From positions 1-19,009 of the forward strand of contig JAWOBU010000032.1 in NCBI GenBank assembly GCA_046484135.1: a stretch of 19,009 nucleotides of DNA, read 5' to 3'. How positions within the stretch are numbered: the stretch's first letter is position 1; each line of letters opens with the position of its first letter. Source of the stretch: a bacterium. GTDB lineage: Bacteria; RBG-13-61-14; DATKZS01. The translations under genes and the position numbers were made by a program. The notes under the pieces were generated by a model that was given only the letters and a program-made list of their open reading frames with translations, did not search any database and was not told the origin of the DNA. Below are positions 1 through 7,622 of the stretch, in pieces.

Positions 1-302
1 TAGTATGAAGTACCGGGGCAAGAAGAAAGAGGAGGTTAAAAAAACGGCCGATTACTTTGAAAAGAACCAGGAGAGAATGCGATACGACAAGTTCAGACGT
101 CAAGGTTTGTTTATCGGTTCGGGAGTTGTGGAAGCGGGTTGTAAGAGCGTCATCGGCAAGCGGCTTAAGCAGTCGGGCATGCACTGGAGCGTGCGAGGCG
201 CCAACTCCATCATCGCCCTGCGCTGCTGCCTGGAATCAGGCCGCTTCGAGGACTACTGGGAACAACGCCAAGCAGCATGACCACCAAATATGTCGCACAC
301 CC
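1..302 (+). mobile_element. Right part of an ISKra4-family insertion sequence; putative right terminal inverted repeat at 281-302
   Basis: The transposase stop at 278-280 is followed directly by CCACCAAATATGTCGCACACCC (reverse complement GGGTGTGCGACATATTTGG, a GGGTG-type terminus), then an abrupt switch to AT-rich sequence. The left end and target duplication cannot be checked here. Confidence 0.75.
2..280 (+). CDS. ISKra4-family (prokaryotic Mutator-like) DDE transposase, C-terminal part; 5' end lies outside the window
   Basis: Frame is open to the window edge. YFEKNQERMRY...GLFIGSGVVEAGCKSVIGKRLKQSGMHWSVRGANSIIALR matches the C-terminal signature of ISKra4/ISLre2-type transposases; the Glu in GSGVVE is the expected third catalytic residue. 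Confidence 0.88.
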   Translation, partial: SMKYRGKKKEEVKKTADYFEKNQERMRYDKFRRQGLFIGSGVVEAGCKSVIGKRLKQSGMHWSVRGANSIIALRCCLESGRFEDYWEQRQAA

Positions 303-318
303 TTTTACAATTTTGCAA

Positions 319-347
319 TTGAGTTTTTTATCCGGTGATGTTAGATT
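319..347 (+). promoter_or_regulatory. Predicted sigma70 promoter for the 411..3400 operon
   Basis: TTGAGT (319-324), 17-bp spacer, TAGATT (342-347) preceded by extended -10 TG (339-340). RBS AAGGAG at 399-404 precedes ATG 411. Confidence 0.6.
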
Positions 348-410
348 AAGTAGTGTGTGGCCGGTTTTTACAAAAAGTAAATAATAACCACGGGAACAAA
401 GGAGAAGGCC

Positions 411-2888
411 ATGGCCGGGAAGAAAATCGGGGCCTTGCTTGAGGAGAAGGGGTACATCAACGAGTTCCAGCTTTTTGCTGCGCTAAGTCACCAGCGCAAG
501 TGGAAGGGGAGGCTCGGCGAAAGCCTGATCGAGCTGGGATACCTCGAGGAGGACCAGCTTTACGAGGTCCTGGCCGAGCAGTTGGACATGGAGCTCCTGG
601 AGTTGCGCAAAACCGAGATCGCGCCGGATATAATCTGCAAGATGCCCCGGGACAAGGCCAGGGAACTGATGGCTATGCCGGTGAGGTTCGAGAACAACGC
701 CTGGCTGGTCGCCGTTGCCGAGCCCCATAAAGAAGGATTAACCGAGGCCCTCCAAAACCTGCTGGGCGGAGACGTAGAGCTCGTCCTGGCCACTCCCAAA
801 AGCCTGCAAGCGAAGATAAGGAAGATACCCGAGAAGGTGGCGGTGGCCACGGTCCAGCCCGTAAAGCGGGCCTTTCAGAAAGACGAAAACGGCGCGTTGA
901 ACATGGTGGAGGATGCCGATACCGGCTTGGGCAGTGAACCTTCCGGTGAGGAGCCCCGGCCTGACTTCGACGCCTCACCACCTGCCACGGAAGAGCTTTT
1001 TGCCCCGGAAGAACAACCCGAGGTCCTCGAACCGGAGACAGAAGACGTCCCCATCCAGGCGGAAGAAGCCCCCCCGCAGGAAAGCGCCCCGGAAGAGCCT
1101 GTCGAGGTGCCGGAGGAAGAAGCTTCCGAAGGGTCTATTGAAGACCTTTCGTCTCCAGCGGAAGAAACCCCTGCTGCCGAAGAAGACTTGCTGCCACCCT
1201 CGGATGAAGCTCCCCCAGTGGAAGAAGCCCCGCCCCTGCCTTCCGAGGAACCAGCGGCCGCAGGAGAAGAACCGTCCGCAGAAGCTCCCGAGCCGCCGGT
1301 AGAGGAAGCGCCCGTGTATGTTGAAGAAGCGCCTCCACTCCCGGAAGAGGAATCCCCTCCGCCGGAAGAAGTCGGCCCGGGTCCTGCTGAAGGACCTCCG
1401 GACGCCGATGAAGAGGCGGAGCCGCCCGCGGACCGGATGCCTCCGCTGCCTGAAGAAGCTCCTCCCATATCGGATGACCAGGCTCCCCCCGTCCCTATGG
1501 ACGAGCCTCCGCCGGTCGCGGTAGAGGAGCCGCAGGAACAGCCGCCCGAAGAGCTGACTCCCCAGGTGGAGGAGCCTCCCTTCATACCGGAAGAAACTCC
1601 CCAAGGGGTGGAAGCGGCTCCTGCCGCAGAACCTGAAGAAGAAACCCAGGCGCCCACCGAACTCCCCGGACTGGAGCCGGAGGAGGAAGCACAAGCCCCC
1701 GCCGAGCTCCCCGGCCTGGAACCGGAGGAGGAAGCACAAGCCCCCGCCGAGCTCCCCGGCCTGGAGCCGGAGGAGGAAGCACAGGCTGCCGCTGAAGTGC
1801 CCGGCCTGGAGCCGGAGGAGGAAGCACAAGCCCCCGCCGAGCTCCCCGGACTGGAGCCGGAAGAAGGCGAGAAAATACCTGCTGAACCTGCTGAAGCAGC
1901 CGCCCCCGAGCAGGAAGAGGGGCCGCCGAGCCTGGAAATCCCGGACTTAGGCGAGGAGGGCTCTCCCGAAGAAGGGGTGCCATTGGAAGAGGCGCACGAG
2001 ACCGCGGCCGCCATAACCGATACGAGCGGCCCGGCCGGGGAAGCTCCTCCCCCCACGGATGAATTCTTTGCCCCGGAGGACTCCGAGGAAGCCGTCCCTT
2101 TGGAGGAAGACCGGGAAACACCTCCCGGTGTGTCGCAGGAGCAGGACGAACTATGGAAGGAAGAAAGCACTGCCCCGCCCTCCGACATATGGGAGGAAGC
2201 CGCGAAAGAAGCCGTGCCCTTGGAAGAGGCCCACGAAACCGCGGCGGCAATAACCGAAGGAGCAGAAGAAGAAGACCGACAGGCGGAAACCGTGGACCTG
2301 GAGGAACTGCTTCCTCCCCAACAGGAAGCACAAGAGCAGGTTCCAGAGGCCTCCCCTTCTGAATCCGAAGATGGCCTGCCTTCCCTGGACGACCTGCCTA
2401 CGGCCGGCACGGAAGAAAACGCCGACGCGCCCGGCCTGGATCACGTCTTTGTAAATGAAGAAAGCAAGCCTTCCCCGGAAAGCGCGCCGCAAGAGCCTCA
2501 AGAGTCATCTGCAGCTCCCGAGGCCCCGGACGTATTGGAAGAAGCCCCTTCCCTGGAAGTTCCTTCTTTCGAGGACCTCTCGCCGGCAGAACCGGCACCA
2601 GAGGAGTCCGCTCAACCGGAAGCCGCCGCCCCGGAACAAGAAGAGGTCTCACAGCCACAAGTGGAGGACACCGAAATACCTCCTATAGAAGAGCCTCCCG
2701 CCGCTTCCGAGACCCAGGCGGCCGACCGCCCTCCGGCTGAAGAAGAGGGGGAAGAAACAAAAACCATGGAACCCGCGGCCATAATGAACCGTCTTGACGA
2801 GCTGGAAAACCAGGTCCGTGAGATCAGCCGGGTGCTGGAGTCCTTGAAAGAGGCGGTGAGCAAAATGGGGGGAGGACAAGGGAAATGA
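411..2888 (+). CDS. MshEN (c-di-GMP-binding)/T2SSE_N domain protein with a long acidic Pro/Glu low-complexity region and C-terminal coiled coil; no ATPase domain
   Basis: aa 5-57 are two 24-aa MshEN motifs (KIGALLEEKGYINEFQLFAALSHQ; RLGESLIELGYLEEDQLYEVLAEQ) separated by 5 aa. A GspE-N-like region follows (ARELMAMPVRFENNAWLVAVAEP...VELVLAT), then about 600 aa rich in E/P/A, then a heptad-like C-terminus (MNRLDELENQVREISRVLESLKEAV). No Walker A/B motifs. Good RBS. Confidence 0.85.
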   Translation: MAGKKIGALLEEKGYINEFQLFAALSHQRKWKGRLGESLIELGYLEEDQLYEVLAEQLDMELLELRKTEIAPDIICKMPRDKARELMAMPVRFENNAWLVAVAEPHKEGLTEALQNLLGGDVELVLATPKSLQAKIRKIPEKVAVATVQPVKRAFQKDENGALNMVEDADTGLGSEPSGEEPRPDFDASPPATEELFAPEEQPEVLEPETEDVPIQAEEAPPQESAPEEPVEVPEEEASEGSIEDLSSPAEETPAAEEDLLPPSDEAPPVEEAPPLPSEEPAAAGEEPSAEAPEPPVEEAPVYVEEAPPLPEEESPPPEEVGPGPAEGPPDADEEAEPPADRMPPLPEEAPPISDDQAPPVPMDEPPPVAVEEPQEQPPEELTPQVEEPPFIPEETPQGVEAAPAAEPEEETQAPTELPGLEPEEEAQAPAELPGLEPEEEAQAPAELPGLEPEEEAQAAAEVPGLEPEEEAQAPAELPGLEPEEGEKIPAEPAEAAAPEQEEGPPSLEIPDLGEEGSPEEGVPLEEAHETAAAITDTSGPAGEAPPPTDEFFAPEDSEEAVPLEEDRETPPGVSQEQDELWKEESTAPPSDIWEEAAKEAVPLEEAHETAAAITEGAEEEDRQAETVDLEELLPPQQEAQEQVPEASPSESEDGLPSLDDLPTAGTEENADAPGLDHVFVNEESKPSPESAPQEPQESSAAPEAPDVLEEAPSLEVPSFEDLSPAEPAPEESAQPEAAAPEQEEVSQPQVEDTEIPPIEEPPAASETQAADRPPAEEEGEETKTMEPAAIMNRLDELENQVREISRVLESLKEAVSKMGGGQGK
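1629..1865 (+). repeat. In-frame 45-bp tandem repeat, 5 copies plus a partial copy (EPEEEAQAPAELPGL)
   Basis: Units start at 1629, 1674, 1719, 1764 and 1809, with a partial unit at 1854. Consensus GAGCCGGAGGAGGAAGCACAAGCCCCCGCCGAGCTCCCCGGCCTG. Confidence 0.95.
1977..2255 (+). repeat. Dispersed 42-bp duplication (1977-2018 and 2214-2255) encoding identical VPLEEAHETAAAIT
   Basis: The two copies are 14/14 identical in protein and differ by 5 nucleotides, all synonymous. Confidence 0.9.
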
Positions 2889-3400
2889 AAAGAGGATTAA
2901 TAACCAGTAGCCTGTTGTGTCTGATTGCCCTGCTCGCGCTCGGATGTCCCACTGCCACCACCGACGTGAACAAACAAGAGAGACTTTCCCTGAATCAGGA
3001 GGACACCGAAAAAGTTATCACAAACACTATGAGTGAGCTCGGTTACAACGTGAAGGTGAAAGTAAAAGATTTCGATGAAAACGGCAAGGAAGACATCGGC
3101 ATCGAGCACCTCTCCGGCAAGGAGTCAAAGGAACTCGTGATCTTTCTCGCCCACATTACCGGCGCGGTGGGAAGCATGGAGAAACATTTTACCTGGAACT
3201 CCGACAAGGTCATAGTGCTGCGGGGCGAAAACCTCTACGTGGCTGACATCTCCGACTGCCGCCGCTGCTCGGAAATGATAGAGGATGACGCTTCTGCAGA
3301 AAAGGTCTCCAACTGCCTGCTCGAGACCTGGTGGGTAATCGAAGGTCAAGAAGCCCTGCCCGAAAAGAAAAAGCAGCTCGACAAAGAGCAAATTTTCTGA
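2885..3400 (+). CDS. Hypothetical lipoprotein
   Basis: MKR plus hydrophobic stretch plus lipobox LALG-C21. The start overlaps the upstream stop (ATGA, 2885-2888). Contains a DFDENGKED Ca-binding-like loop and a CRRC motif. Confidence 0.8.
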   Translation: MKRGLITSSLLCLIALLALGCPTATTDVNKQERLSLNQEDTEKVITNTMSELGYNVKVKVKDFDENGKEDIGIEHLSGKESKELVIFLAHITGAVGSMEKHFTWNSDKVIVLRGENLYVADISDCRRCSEMIEDDASAEKVSNCLLETWWVIEGQEALPEKKKQLDKEQIF

Positions 3401-3427
3401 TCCCCTTGTCCGCCAAAGTAACGAAAA

Positions 3428-3467
3428 CAAAAAGGGCAGAGCTTTTCGGCAGAGCTTTGTCTTTTGT
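3428..3467. terminator. Probable intrinsic (possibly bidirectional) terminator between convergent genes
   Basis: AAAGGGCAGAGCT - TTTCGGCAG loop - AGCTTTGTCTTTT forms a 13-bp stem with G:U pairs, flanked by A and T tracts. It lies between the stops at 3400 (+) and 3492 (-). Confidence 0.6.
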
Positions 3468-3491
3468 GCCTGTCTCTTACACTCATCCCTC

Positions 3492-4661
3492 TCAAGTGCC
3501 TCTGCCGTAAATCCGGTCTACAGCCTTGTTGTCGCCCGGCTCGAGCTTGAAGCAGGTGTCTCGGGAGTTTGCCGGACCGGTCTTCAATAGCTCGCTCACG
3601 GTAAGGAAGGTATAGCCCTTTTCGCGGAGCTCGGGCACGAACAGGGGAAGGGCTTGTGCGGTGCCGTGGCCGTATCCGTTCGCGTGCATGATGATGATGG
3701 AGCCCGGCTTTATGTTTCTCATGACCTCGTCCACGATGTCTTCCGGCCGGCAGCCCGGGTCCGGGTCCCCCGTAACCACGTCCCACTGGATGGCCGGCAG
3801 GCCGATCCCGGCCAGGAACTCGAGGGCCTCCTGCGAACAGGTGCCGTACGGGAACCGGAACACGCGCATGGCCTCGGGTATCTTTTCCATCTCGCCGGGC
3901 ATGTCTTTGGCGCACTTTGACCGGGCAAGGTCTTCCCTTAACAGCTCGTACTGGGCCTGGGTCCAGAGCACCTGCTCGCGCATGGCCTCGCCCTTGATAA
4001 GGCGCAGGTTGCCGTGGGTCCAGGTGTGGTTGCCGAGCTCGAAAAGCGGGTCAGCCATAAGTTGGCGGGTCTTGTCCGGATGCGAGTGCATCCACTTACC
4101 TCCGGCGAAAAAGGTGGCCTTTATCTTTTCCCGCCGGAGATAGTTCACAATGGCGGCGTCATAGCCGGTGCGGTGGCCGGTCCTTTCACAAAGGTCAAAG
4201 GTAAGGGCGGCAACCTTCTCGGAGTCCTTCGGCCGCACCGACCGGACAGACCCGCGAAGATCGGGCGTCAGCGGTGGAAGCGCCTCTTTCGGTTTCTCCC
4301 GTGAAGGAGGTCCCCGGAAAGGGTTCCTGACGTTAGGTATAATCTCTTTGTCCGCAGAGGTCCCTCGAAGCTCTTCCGCGCTCCAGCAGGCATGAAGCAG
4401 CTTTGCCGAGCCAAACGCCGGCCTCTCTTGCTTCATCCTTTCAAGCTCTTTTTCAAGCTCGTCCAGATGAGACTCTATCGCCGGCAAAAAGCGGGGGGCC
4501 AGGGAGTCCGACGGCCCTCTCGAGTGATATGTGGAAGGAGCTCCCGCCTTGGATGTGGAGTGCCGGGAACAGTCGCTCTTTCCGGAGAGGGCCATGAAGC
4601 CGGCAACTACGAGTACCAGCCCCGCCAAATAAAGGATGAACCTTGATCTTGCCGGTTTCAT
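3492..4661 (-). CDS. Polysaccharide deacetylase (CE4/NodB domain), N-terminally anchored or exported
   Basis: Motifs AALTFDLC, GNHTWTH, FRFPYG, WDVVTGD and IIIMHAN. The start is placed at ATG 4661 (MKPARSRFILYLAGLVLVVAG, signal/TM), 4 bp after the ankyrin gene stop, rather than at the overlapping 4730 start. Confidence 0.9.
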   Translation of the reverse strand: MKPARSRFILYLAGLVLVVAGFMALSGKSDCSRHSTSKAGAPSTYHSRGPSDSLAPRFLPAIESHLDELEKELERMKQERPAFGSAKLLHACWSAEELRGTSADKEIIPNVRNPFRGPPSREKPKEALPPLTPDLRGSVRSVRPKDSEKVAALTFDLCERTGHRTGYDAAIVNYLRREKIKATFFAGGKWMHSHPDKTRQLMADPLFELGNHTWTHGNLRLIKGEAMREQVLWTQAQYELLREDLARSKCAKDMPGEMEKIPEAMRVFRFPYGTCSQEALEFLAGIGLPAIQWDVVTGDPDPGCRPEDIVDEVMRNIKPGSIIIMHANGYGHGTAQALPLFVPELREKGYTFLTVSELLKTGPANSRDTCFKLEPGDNKAVDRIYGRGT

Positions 4662-4665
4662 GCTT

Positions 4666-7440
4666 TCAGTCCAATGAGCCGTGCTGCCGGAGAATTTCAG
4701 CGGTTTCCCGGTGTCCGTTAAGACAGGCAAGATATAAAGGCGTCAGCCCTTGCCGGTTCTGGATGTTCAGCACGGCGCCCGCGTCCAGGAACAACTTCAC
4801 TATCTCCTCCTGGCCTTCCTTGGCGGCCAGGTGAAGCGGGGTGTTGTGGTCATGGGACTTCAGGTTTACCCGGGCGCCGCTTTCCAGAAGAAGCCGAACC
4901 AGCTTTACGTTTTCCCAAAGCGGAGCCATGAAAAGCGCGCTTTTACCGTCTTCGTCCAGGTGGTTTACGTCCGCGCCCGACTCGATGAGTTCGCGGACCG
5001 CCGCAAGGTTGTCCGCTCCTACCGCGGCGACATGAAGGGGCGTCTTGCCCTGCAGCTCCTCCGAAACCGCGTCCACCTCTGCGCCGTGTTCAACAAGCAG
5101 GTCTACAGCCTCCGCACGGTTCTTGTACGCCGCCCGGTGAAGGGGAGTAATGCCCCCTTCCGTCCTCGCGGACACGGTGGCCCCTTTTCCAAGAAGAAGC
5201 TTCATGGTTTCCAGGTGTCCCTCCTGGGCGGCGAGATGCAAAGCCGTGCTCCCTCGCTCCGACTTTTTGTTCACATCCATGCCTCTTTCCAGAAGAAGCT
5301 CCACTGCCTTGTCCTGACCGTTAAAAGCGGCCACGTGCAAGGCAGTGCCATGACAGACGTCCTCCATCATGGACCGCAAAACCCGGTCTGCGTCAGCGCG
5401 GCCCTCCTTGGCCGGGTCCGCGCCCTTTTCCAGTAGGTAACGGAGGTTCGCAACATTGCCGAACATGGCTGCCCAGTGAAGAGCGGTAAAGCCCTTGGGG
5501 TCCTCTTTGGACAGAAAGCCGCGGTCCTCTTCTATCATGCTTTCCAGCTCGACCGTGCTGCCCAGTGCGGCCTTCGCAAACACGTCCGGCTCTGCCCCCG
5601 CCTCGTACAGGAGCTTGCAGGTCTCAAGTTCGCCCGCCCAGGCCGCCTCCTGCAGGGGAGATATGTCGTCGCTTCTTTGCGCGTTAATACTGGCGCCGTG
5701 CTTTGCCAGGGCCTTGACTATGGTTGTATGCCCGTTCCGGGCCGCCAGGTGAAGGGGGGTGATGCCTTCGATCTCCAGGTTCCTGAGCTTTGCGAACAGG
5801 TACTCCATGGTCCGGAAAGAGCCCGGCTCGGTATAGTTCAAGTAGACCCAGGGCACCGGAGAGCTTGCCTCGCCATCTGCGGCCGCCTTGTTTTGAAGAA
5901 GTGTTTTCACCGCCATGCTGTTTCCCGCTTGCGCTGCCGCGTGCAGGGGAGTTACGTTGTGGTCGGTGCCGCTGTCAGCGTCCACTCCCTTTTTCAGGAG
6001 CAGCTTCAGGGTCTCTGCATTTCCCGTGTAGGCAGCCAGGTGCAAGGGCGCAAGGCCGTTACTGTTTTTAACAGCAGCGGAAGCGCCCACCTTAAGCAGA
6101 AAGGCTGTAACCTCGTCTTCTTCGTTGGTTACCGAAAGGTGAAGAGGGGCAAGGCCGTCCTCGTTTTGCCGGCCGGGGTCTACTCCTGCATCCACCAGGG
6201 CCTTAACGCACCCAGGGTGGCCGCCGGCCGAAGCCGCATGAAGCGGCGTCCGGCCGCTCTCGTCCCGGGCATTGGTGTCCGCGCCTTCCTTTAAAAGAAG
6301 CTTGGCCGCAGCGGTCCGGCCGTGTGCGCAGGCGAAGTGCAAAGGGGTACCGGGAAAATTCCTCTCTTTGCCTTGTTCTTTATCCCGCGCATCGCCGGCG
6401 TTAATGTCCGCGCCGTTTTTCAAAAGCGCTCGCGCTGACTTTGCACTGCCTGCCTCCGCCGAGAGGTGGAGAGGTTCTGCCCCGTCTTGCCGCGCCGTCC
6501 GTGCGTCAGCGCCATTCTCCAGAAGGAGCGAAATCACGTTATCCTTCCCTGCCGCGGCTGCCAGGTGGAGGCCGGTCTGTCCAATCACATTCGCAAAGCC
6601 GGCGTCCGCCCCCGCTTCAAGCAGAATGGCGACAAGGTCTTTCTTTCCCTCATACGATGCCTGCAAAAGAAGAGAGCCTAAAACAGCGTCTCTTTGGTCC
6701 GCTTCTTTCGAACTTTCAAGCAGAAGATCGAGCAGCTTGCCGCAATCGTTATGAACGGCATGGTTATAAGCGCTCCAGTCCTTGCGGTCCGGCAGTAAGG
6801 GGCGCGCGCCGGCGTCCAGAAGCAGTCTGGCGCACTCGAGATGACATCCCTCGCTTACCGCCAGCAACGGCCGTAACCCGCCCTCCCCGGCGTAGTTCGC
6901 ATCTGCGCCCTGCTCCAGCAGCATACCCAGTACCGACGAAAGACCGTGTCTTGCGCAAAACAGGAGAAGCCCGTTTTTGACTTTCCCCCGCTCGGCTTTG
7001 TCCGCGGATTCCAGCATGAGCTCTACCAGCTTGACCCGGCCCGCTTTGGCGGCAGACCGGAAAGGGGTTTCCCCCTGCCGGTCCTTTACCAGAAGAGAGG
7101 CCCCCTTTTCCAGAAGAAGCCGGGCCAGATCAGGATTTCCTTTACGTACTGCAACAAGCAGCGCGGTCCTGCCTTGCGGGTCTTTGGCTTCCATGTCTGC
7201 GCCGCGTTCGAGAAGCAGAAAGGAGATATCCTTCCGGCCCGATAAAACCGCGTGGTGAAGCGGAGGAACACCCTTCGCGGAACGAGCGTTCACCAGCCCC
7301 GGCTTTTTATCCAGGATGTCTTTTATGGCGGCCGTGTCTCCAGATTCTATGGCCTGGTGCAGGTTAGCCGGAGTGGCGCGCACGCAGGACAGACCCGCAA
7401 TAACGACAAACAAAAGATATGAAAAAAGCCTCGGCTTCAT
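4666..7440 (-). CDS. Large ankyrin-repeat protein (about 26 repeats), probable lipoprotein
   Basis: Repeated G.TPLH.AA..G....V.LLL..GAD.N units throughout. N-terminus MKPRLFSYLLFVVIAGLS-C19 is lipobox-like. RBS GGAAGGAG upstream. Confidence 0.93.
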   Translation of the reverse strand: MKPRLFSYLLFVVIAGLSCVRATPANLHQAIESGDTAAIKDILDKKPGLVNARSAKGVPPLHHAVLSGRKDISFLLLERGADMEAKDPQGRTALLVAVRKGNPDLARLLLEKGASLLVKDRQGETPFRSAAKAGRVKLVELMLESADKAERGKVKNGLLLFCARHGLSSVLGMLLEQGADANYAGEGGLRPLLAVSEGCHLECARLLLDAGARPLLPDRKDWSAYNHAVHNDCGKLLDLLLESSKEADQRDAVLGSLLLQASYEGKKDLVAILLEAGADAGFANVIGQTGLHLAAAAGKDNVISLLLENGADARTARQDGAEPLHLSAEAGSAKSARALLKNGADINAGDARDKEQGKERNFPGTPLHFACAHGRTAAAKLLLKEGADTNARDESGRTPLHAASAGGHPGCVKALVDAGVDPGRQNEDGLAPLHLSVTNEEDEVTAFLLKVGASAAVKNSNGLAPLHLAAYTGNAETLKLLLKKGVDADSGTDHNVTPLHAAAQAGNSMAVKTLLQNKAAADGEASSPVPWVYLNYTEPGSFRTMEYLFAKLRNLEIEGITPLHLAARNGHTTIVKALAKHGASINAQRSDDISPLQEAAWAGELETCKLLYEAGAEPDVFAKAALGSTVELESMIEEDRGFLSKEDPKGFTALHWAAMFGNVANLRYLLEKGADPAKEGRADADRVLRSMMEDVCHGTALHVAAFNGQDKAVELLLERGMDVNKKSERGSTALHLAAQEGHLETMKLLLGKGATVSARTEGGITPLHRAAYKNRAEAVDLLVEHGAEVDAVSEELQGKTPLHVAAVGADNLAAVRELIESGADVNHLDEDGKSALFMAPLWENVKLVRLLLESGARVNLKSHDHNTPLHLAAKEGQEEIVKLFLDAGAVLNIQNRQGLTPLYLACLNGHRETAEILRQHGSLD

Positions 7441-7507
7441 GATCGTCTCCTTCCGGCAAAGGTATAGAGCACCGCGCCGTGCGTTGCGCCATTACATATT
7501 TGCTTAT

Positions 7508-7516
7508 ATTGTATCA
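7508..7516 (-). promoter_or_regulatory. Predicted extended -10 promoter for the ankyrin/CE4 operon
   Basis: The minus strand reads TGaTACAAT; no convincing -35. Confidence 0.4.
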
Positions 7517-7574
7517 TGCCTGTATAAGGGAAAAGAACGGTAAGAGATGTCCGTTGATTACTCAGCATCCGCTC

Positions 7575-7603
7575 TTGATTGCTGCTTTGTCAAATTATAA
7601 ATT
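7575..7603 (+). promoter_or_regulatory. Predicted sigma70 promoter for the GH2/SDR operon
   Basis: TTGATT (7575-7580), 17-bp spacer, TAAATT (7598-7603). RBS AAGGAGG before ATG 7699. Confidence 0.45.
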
Positions 7604-7622
7604 GCGGAGACTGTCGAGAGGG

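Noticed and set aside
57..338. 93-aa alternative-frame ORF over the transposase end
   Set aside because: Overlaps the transposase in another frame, crosses the IS boundary and has no recognisable motifs.
303..373. TTTTACAA at 303-310 and 366-373 as a target-site duplication pair
   Set aside because: Both copies are on the same side of the IS; likely chance in AT-rich DNA. The true partner would lie at the left IS end, outside the window.
1629..1865. Possible CRISPR array
   Set aside because: Head-to-tail in-frame coding repeats without unique spacers; no cas genes.
875..2410. 511-aa Ser/Gly-rich antisense ORF (and 975..1829, 1582..2331)
   Set aside because: Mirror of the Glu/Pro codons of the plus-strand gene; no RBS or domain features.
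411..2888. Annotation as GspE/PilB secretion ATPase
   Set aside because: Only the N-terminal domain is present; no Walker A/B, Asp or His boxes.
4662..4730. Longer start for the deacetylase at 4730
   Set aside because: Overlaps the ankyrin gene and buries the signal/TM segment; ATG 4661 fits better.
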